Positions 57,240 to 64,000 of a DNA stretch of 64,000 nucleotides are shown piece by piece (the stretch's first letter is position 1; every line of letters starts with the position of its first letter). The DNA comes from Raillietiella orientalis (taxonomy: Eukaryota), in assembly GCA_036172245.1 (NCBI GenBank), contig JAYWIR010000001.1:6820001-6884000 (forward strand). Reading direction: 5' to 3'. Position numbers and translations under genes: made by a program. The notes beneath the pieces were generated by a model. The model searched no databases and was not told where the DNA came from. It was given only the letters and a program-made list of their open reading frames with translations.

Positions 57240-58149
57240 GTGCTGGGAGTGCGGCAGCAGTGAAAGCAGTTCTTCGCCTCTGGTGCAGCGCCGAAGCAGC
57301 AGGCGCGCAGGAACACTTGGAACTACACTTGCAGACCGATTCTCTCCAGCGTCAGGATGCCTAGGTCGGCATCCCGACGCGGAGCCTCCCGGTCCTTATC
57401 CTGGATCTAGCAGGTCCACACAGAGCGTTCCTCAACAGGCGTTGTGGAGGTAGAATGGGGTTTTTGAATGGGGTGAATAAGTGCTAGAAGAATTTGCCAT
57501 TACGAACCGCCCAGACACTCGTTACGTCCACCTGCATGATTATACGCCGGAGAGGCAGCAATTTTACGCTCGCTTTCCATTTTTATTGCTAGAAAAATTG
57601 GATCCATAATTTTGGGGTTGCTAAGCTATACAAACAAAGCATCAATGTTTCATCGGAACTTTTGTTAAATTGGCGAAGTAAGAGTATTAATTAATCTACT
57701 GGTGGTGAAACACATTACTCTTAGCGCAGTTGAAAATTCCTCAGAGCCAAACTCAGATCTGATTTTCATTAGGCAGTTTCTCCTGTTCATTTTTCCCGTG
57801 GAATAATGAACTAGATTATGCACGAGCAGCTAAGGCCGCAGAAGAAATGAAACGCGGGGTAGTTGGGACCGCAGTAGATTTGTTGCCAACAGAGGCGTTT
57901 GTTTTTGCTATGTACCAATAGAATCAAATATCATATACTCTTATAGAATTGGTAATTTTCCTGCAGAAACGTATTATTCAACTGAAATCACATTCGTGTG
58001 CAGAAAGCGGAGTCAAAAGCATGCAGGTCATTCTGCGGGTGCGTACAAGATCATCAACTTGTTTCGATTTTCAGAAAGAAGGCTGTTTTTTTTCATGCTC
58101 CTGATGTTATCAGAAGAGGCGTTTGCTGAATTCTCTAGTTTTCTTAAAT

Positions 58150-58525
58150 TAACTATTTGTCTAACATCAACTATACAAATTATTAATAGTTACTGTGATG
58201 AAGTTGCGTTTTGCAAGTTTTCTCCAGATGGAACTATGCTGGCCACAGGGTCCAAAGACAATTCCGCCATTATATGGAATGTTGATCTGGAGACCCAAGA
58301 AGCTCAGCACAGTAAAGTATCAGAAGGCCATTCATTTGGTGTAGCGTATTTAGCTTGGAGTCCAGACAGTAAGATGTTGGCTGCTTGTGGCCCGGATGAT
58401 TGCTCAGATTTATGGTCATGGGATTTATGGAAATAGGAGAACTCAAAAGTTAAAGTTTCCGATGATAGTTTGACATCATGCTCATGGCATAAAGATAGCA
58501 AAAAATTCGTAACCGGTGGTACATG
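58150..58525 (+). pseudogene. WDR26: WDR26 (GID7) WD40 fragment, disrupted
   Basis: 'YCDEVAFCKFSPDGTMLATGSKD...EGHSFGVAYLAWSPD...ACGPDDCSDLW' then in-frame TAG (58434-58436) and 'DDSLTSCSWHKDSKKFVTGG'; no intact flanking exons seen. Confidence 0.85.
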
Positions 58526-58719
58526 TAGCTTGACTTATGGAAACAATGTAAACTAAAATATGTGTCACATTGGGAACTAAAAGTTCAAAATTTTCCTTCT
58601 AGCATGCGATGGGATCCTCAGCTTACAATTGGAGGAAGGACGAAAACAGCCACGAAGTTTTAGAAGCCTGTTCAAAGCAACGACAAGAAAATCTTCCTGT
58701 TGATTTTAATGTTCAATGC

Positions 58720-59350
58720 TCCATACCGACTGAAATATGGAAAAGCTGGTGGTAGCAAGAGACAGCGGAAACGATGCACGAAGAAACGGATTTCTTAAAA
58801 TGGTCAAATGGCGTCCTTCACACCAGTTAAGAAACGCTGGCCAACACAATCTTGAATGAGCACGCCTTCTGCCTCGAGGGCACAGGGTTACCGATCCGAC
58901 CCAGGGATCCAAGTGTTGTTCCATGGCAGAAACAGTACCCATCTTTAGTCTCGAAACAACAGCGATATCGGATAGTGAAATGGTTTCTGGAGCTAAACTG
59001 GAAAAGATCACTAGGAACTCTTGGACTCGTTACGTGCAAAAGAAACCCAGAACGAGTGGCTGCAAATGTTTCAAAGATGGATTTGCGAAACCATCGGGAG
59101 GAATGATTAATAAAACCGAGTCGCGTGAAGACGACACTAAATCGAAGAAAAAAACATATGGCAAATACAATCTGACTAGGAAAATTCTTTCTTCGTTGGA
59201 TTCTTCCAACTTCCTTAGTCTTGACAGAAATTATACACCGCGTAGAGACGTTGAGGGATGTATTTGAAACCGTCTAAGGAGCGAGTGCTATATATAGCAT
59301 CATTGCCGAGGAAGGTATTGCGTTTCCTACCGCCATGCTAGATGGAAAAC
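58720..59350 (+). mobile_element. RTE-like RT remnant
   Basis: 'SIPTEIWK-AGG' with a frameshift (cf. GPDxIPAEIWKAGG); otherwise decayed. Confidence 0.35.
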
Positions 59351-59899
59351 CACAAGAACTCATGTGAAACAAGAGGTCTAAGAAATTTCTTCATCATGAT
59401 CGGATCTAATAAATGATTTCAATAAATAATGAGTACTGACGATAGCGACGATCATTATCTCATCAAGTTGATGATTCATCCAGAACTGCAGCGCGAACTA
59501 CGATCCCACGATTTGTCTGTCAAGACAGTTGAAAAGCTTAAATAAAATGCTTGGTTTGTATTCAGAATTATTTGAACTAGAACTTTACTCGCATTTAGAT
59601 CGCTCTGCAAGAAAAGAAGTGGGAAGGACCATCGTGAATTTCAAGGCAGCTGACCCGTAGCACCATGGTGATTGTTCATGTGAATAATCAGTGTCAGTAC
59701 CATGAATGGAGTCAGTTCACTATGCTGAGATTGTTTGGAAAAGAAATGCTCTGATTAAAAGACGAAAGAGGGATGGAATAAGAGGCGGACATGGATCTGC
59801 GCTGCTGGTTGATGATATTTATCTGGCTAAGACACCGTTGATTGCCATGGTTACGACGAGACAATCCTTCCAGGGTGAGGCTCGATCACTGAGCTCAGA

Positions 59900-61235
59900 A
59901 CGGACCGACTTCTGAGACTGCCGGAAACTCGGGTTACTCGGAAGCCTAATGTTTAGGGTGGAAAACTGCGTTCGCGCGGACTCCTGCAGTTTGGGAAAGG
60001 ACAGGCGGTGAAGTTCACGAAACTTCATCGCCAGTCCCCCCCCAACCCCATTGCAGTGCTGAGGACACGGAGTGCTGGGAGTGTCCCCTTGCCCCTCCGT
60101 GCAAGCGGACTGCATTCCAGGAACATGGAAGTGCGCCCAGCCGCACAAGTCCTCCGCTAAGAAGGTAACCGCGTGGTACCAGCGTGGGCAGCAACGCCGT
60201 CCACGTCCTCAGCGACGGGGGCGGAGCCGCCGAGAATGTGGAACCTGGTGGTGACGGTGGGCCTTCTGCGGCGGCAGCGGCGGGGAATTCCCCGGGAGCA
60301 ATGCAAGCAAATAAATGCATGGCCTGAAAAACCGAAAGTCCTTGTCATCCAGTAAGGTGATGTACCAACTGTGGTAAAGGAGGTCATCTTCAAGACCGGA
60401 CCAGTGAGGATCGGCAACATCAAAGACATTTGAACCTTGCCCTGTACAGGGAAATTGTGGATTTTGACCACACTGCAAGTGACCACACCGTGCACTGGTG
60501 GATTCACCATCCACGCTGACTGTGTCAACAGCTGACCGACGCGCTGGTCGAACAAGGAGTCACCCCGAACGGGCGACTTCTACGTGGAATCGTTAAATCC
60601 TCCACCGCAATGGCTCTCGTGATTGGGATCAATGCCAAACCAGACAGGCGATCTGGGCTTACCTGTCTCATCAGGGAGAAGTGGAACCTGTGGGATTACG
60701 AAACCACTCGGAGAGGAACTTTTCCGGATGGAAGTATTGCCAGAAAACAACTGGACGGAGATGCAAAGCAAGATCTCAGGAGTAGGAAACGTCGACGTCC
60801 TGGTGACTTCCAGGAAGCGATGGTAAAATACGGGCGGCTGCCTGTATTCTGCGTAGGCCACAAGACAGTTGGCCGTAGGGTCGACGATTGCTGAAGAGAC
60901 CGGAGTTTTCGGTGCGTCCAACGGGGTCATTTCCATCAGGTCATGGACACGGCCACAGCTGTGCTACTTCTGCAGGCTGTCAGTGCGTGGAAAGATGGAC
61001 CGGGAGGGAAGTGTCCCCCAACCAGGACCTACCCTCGTATCCCCGAGCGATCCCAACAGGAGAATGTCCAAATGAGGGAAGCTCTGACGGAAGGAAGCTC
61101 CACCACAGAGGTGGGATTCCCCGAAGTGAAAAGGACGGAGGAGAAGCGAAAGGTCAGGCAGGAGGTGCAGCAGACCTCTGAAGTGCCGGCGGGGAGTGCA
61201 ACGCCCGGAGAGGATCTGGCGCTACTACAGAAGTG
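59900..61235 (+). mobile_element. Probable Tx1-type ORF1 (gag-like) remnant
   Basis: Long stop-interrupted frame ending 'ISIRSWTRPQLCYFC' (zinc-knuckle start), GC-rich, next to LINE ORF2 fragments. Confidence 0.4.
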
Positions 61236-61239
61236 CACG

Positions 61240-62030
61240 TTGGCGGCCGTGTGGCTGCCGCTTCCGTGAGTGGCACCAACTGTCGCAGGTTTCGAATCTC
61301 ACCCGAGGAAGCATCGAGGCCAGAGAAATGCGTGGTGCGCCGTGCGTTTCGAGTTTTCCCCTCGAGATGACGCTTGTTGGCATATTCGGGCGCGATGGCA
61401 CTGGGAAAGCCGGACACCAGAAGCCCCGTTGAGTACCCGGGATTTGCAGTTGACCCTCCGGGGTCCTTCCAGAAATCCATCGGTTGTGAAAATGGAGCAG
61501 TTTCCTTCTCTTCCTCTGGAGGGGATCCCCTTCATCTCGTATCATGGAGCTGATGGATGGATACCCCACCAGAGTGTGAAGTGAGCTGCTCCCTTCGGTG
61601 AGCAACCCTTCCGAGAAATTGGGAAGCAAAGTCTTTTCGGAGTTTCTCTTCAGAGGAGGAAACAAAGAGCAGGTCCTTTCCGGGTGGGTTCCTGTGGGAA
61701 GAAATTCCAGAAGCGGGTCCTTTCCGGGTTTCTTCTGGAGGAGAAAAGGGGAGTGCATCCCCCTCCGGAGTGTCCCTCAGGAGAGAATAAGGAAGAGGTT
61801 CCCTTCGGGGTTTCCCTCCCAAGCGTGAGAAGAACGGAATCCTTCCTCTTGATTCCTTCCTGGAGTAACCCCTAACTGGGAGAGTCAACACGCACCCCCG
61901 GGTGAGTAGACAGTGTTGAAGAGCTTCGTGAGCCTCCAGGCGAACGGTTCTTCGACACTCAGAGAACCAAAAAAAACAGAAAGCCGTGAGGAAAGCAACG
62001 AAGCAGAAAAGCACAGATCCATCATCTTGC
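61240..62030 (+). mobile_element. Diverged copy of the tRNA-headed SINE-like family
   Basis: GTGGCACC...GCAGGTTTCGAATCTC head, GACCCTCCGGGGTCCTTCC, GTGTCCCTCAGGAGAGAATAAGGAAG, CCCAAGCGTGAGA and an A-rich 3' block colinear with 54245-55290. Confidence 0.75.
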
Positions 62031-62329
62031 AGAGTTGGAAGAAACCTTCCTTGTGCCGACTCCGCGAGCTGTAATGAAGGAACCCTTTGCTTGGTCTCCA
62101 GCGGCACGTGCCAAGTGGAGCTGCTGAACATGCTATTCGACCTGCAAATAAAGGCCACCAGCTCGATGAGAGCGAGATCGCTTCCGGGAAGGAGGCTGAC
62201 TACCTCCGAAGACCAAGGCCAACTCATGCAGTTCGCTGTCGAAGGGGCTAGGCGTATTCCCTGCGGTGACATGGGCGTTGCCATCTGATCACACTGGGGA
62301 TGCTTACTAATTAAAATAAACACAATTGT

Positions 62330-64000
62330 CCTGATGGAGTACGAAGCACCACCGCAGTCACTTCTACAGTGGACCTGCAGGGTATTTCGCCGGTATGCAG
62401 ACTGGAGCGGGGTCGCCTCGACAGCGGAGAAGCAAGTGGGAGAAAAACAAAAGGAAAAATAAAATAAAAGAATAAATAAAGATAAATGAGAACAATCTAG
62501 AGGTTCGGGAGGGGATCAATACCTGCTAGAGGGAGCCTGCATCCTTTCCAGGATGCCAGCTAGGCCCGTCCGAATAGGTCCCATCCGCAGAAAGCGAACT
62601 GCGAACTTGGCGGCGTTCCTCTCTCGTTTCTTCCTCCATTGGCTTCATTCCAGGCCTCCACGATCCCACGGATGAGCGCTGCTGGGGCTGTGTCTGGCTG
62701 CTGGGCATCCCACACAAAGAGGAGATCCCTGGGGGCGCCAGCTGGGATCCGAAGGGTCGTTCCAAAACGTTCCCAGAGGGACCGAAGGGCAACACAGTTC
62801 ACGAAGAGGTGTGGGAGGGATTCCCGTTCCCCGCACCTGCGACAGTCCGGGCTCGCCCTCCTCTGCGTCCAGTGGTGTCGGCGTTTCAGGGAAAAGTGCT
62901 GCTGTTCTTGAACACCAAGGACCACTCCAGATCTTTAGATGGAATTCCGAGCAGCTCTCTCCAGCGGTGTAGTCCTCGTGAAAGGGCACTCGAGGTCGCA
63001 GCATTCGCCAGCTGCCCCATGGTGTTCATCCACTCATCAGCTTCAACCTGTCTGCGACCTCGGAGACTTGGCATTTGGCTGCTGCCAAGTGCCTTCCTCA
63101 GAAAGGGCGTTGTTGTCGCGAGGGAGGGGGGACATGGGCGAAAGACGCGAGACTACTAGGGGGAGGGAGGTGGTCCCTCTAGGTAGAAGTTCAAGAAAAT
63201 GTAAGTGCAATCCAAGAAGCTGCGGATGGCCGGACAAACCGCGCTCGAGAGGAAGAGCGAAGAGCGATCTTCAGCGAGGGCTCCCGCACGCGGTGAGCGC
63301 TTTGTCACGCGCACGCTGTCGAAACTTCTCCAAGGCCCCGCTGAAATTGCAATTTGGACGGACAGATCTGACCCTCCTCTTGTCGGACCAGCGGTGGATG
63401 CCGAAGGGCTGCTGGCTCATGGGTAACGAGAACAGCAAGGTTTCCATCCTTCGCGGTGACCTCACGGGATGAAGAAGACGCACTCGGATAATTACAGATG
63501 GTCAGGCCAAGTCGGCTTTCCCAAATTTTCGTGTTTTTTAAGCTTCGATAGGCATGGTGTCCAAAATTTCAGATGGTGGCAACTATACCTCTGTTGTGTT
63601 ACCTGCGGATGGTGTTTGCTTGGCACACCATCCATACAGCTGCAGCAGCAGCATTGGAATGGCTTCGGCAGCGGCTGGAGTGGCGATAAGGAAGAAGGTG
63701 AAGAGCGGCAGAAAGAGGAGGTCCCACGATCACCGAGATTCTTACGAGGTGCCGGTCAGAGACAGCACCTATTCGTTCTTCCTGCTCGCGATAAAAGTTC
63801 TGGCTGGTGGTGGCTCCGGCGCGCGTTCTTCCAGTGGAGAGCATCCCTGGTGCGGGGGAGGAGGAGGAGCCGCGGGTTCGAATAAGAACCTCCGGGCTGG
63901 ATCTACCTGACTCGGGATCTGCCGCGGCCATGCGCACCAGGTCGCGGAGCTCTGAGGAGAGTTGAGCCTCCATTCGTCGCCTCATCCTGTTGGCGCCTGG
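62330..64000 (-). mobile_element. Tx1/L1-type LINE ORF2 remnant running off the window
   Basis: zf-RVT 'PDCRRCGERESLPHLFVNCVALRSLW'; 'LANAATSSALSRGLHRWRELLG' matches 'LANAAAPPDSANGLLRWSKLLS' of the 820-2665 copy; RT-like 'ANRMRRRME' and 'GPPLSAAL'. Confidence 0.8.

Noticed and set aside
59400..59860. piggyBac-like snippets ('TIVNFK', 'LLVDDIY')
   Set aside because: Too degenerate to call as a feature.
63868..63890. CGCGGGTTCGAATAAG as another SINE head
   Set aside because: No upstream GTGGCACC and no family body downstream; it lies within LINE ORF2 sequence.

Overview
Animal (invertebrate, arthropod-like proteins) nuclear DNA; the ORF track is mostly noise because the real genes are split by very short introns. 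Four spliced genes could be rebuilt by hand: an F-box/WD40-like gene (+, 7576-9044), p90 ribosomal S6 kinase (+, 20268-24608, 15 exons, 736 aa), a secreted, probably GPI-anchored protein made of two GPR158/179-type ectodomains with no 7TM (-, 34318-27851, 10 exons, 794 aa), and hnRNP Q/R Syncrip (+, 46206-~52446). There is also a WDR26 pseudogene fragment and a candidate orphan gene divergent from Syncrip. Both ends of the window (1-17 kb, 53.6-64 kb) are GC-rich transposon graveyards with Tx1/L1-type LINE pieces, hAT, piggyBac and RTE remnants; a pogo remnant and an internally deleted Buster-type hAT with both ends intact lie at 37-41 kb. Main things worth following up: a ~1.1-kb tRNA-headed SINE-like family (five copies, one complete with TSD, terminal hairpin and poly(A)); a hAT/LINE composite present twice with an abrupt ~65% to ~99% identity step; 36-48-nt introns; the receptor-less tandem GPR158 ectodomain protein; an inverted repeat bracketing the 3' exons of Syncrip; and several perfect fold-back hairpins. 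All family calls come from motif recognition by eye; no search was run.
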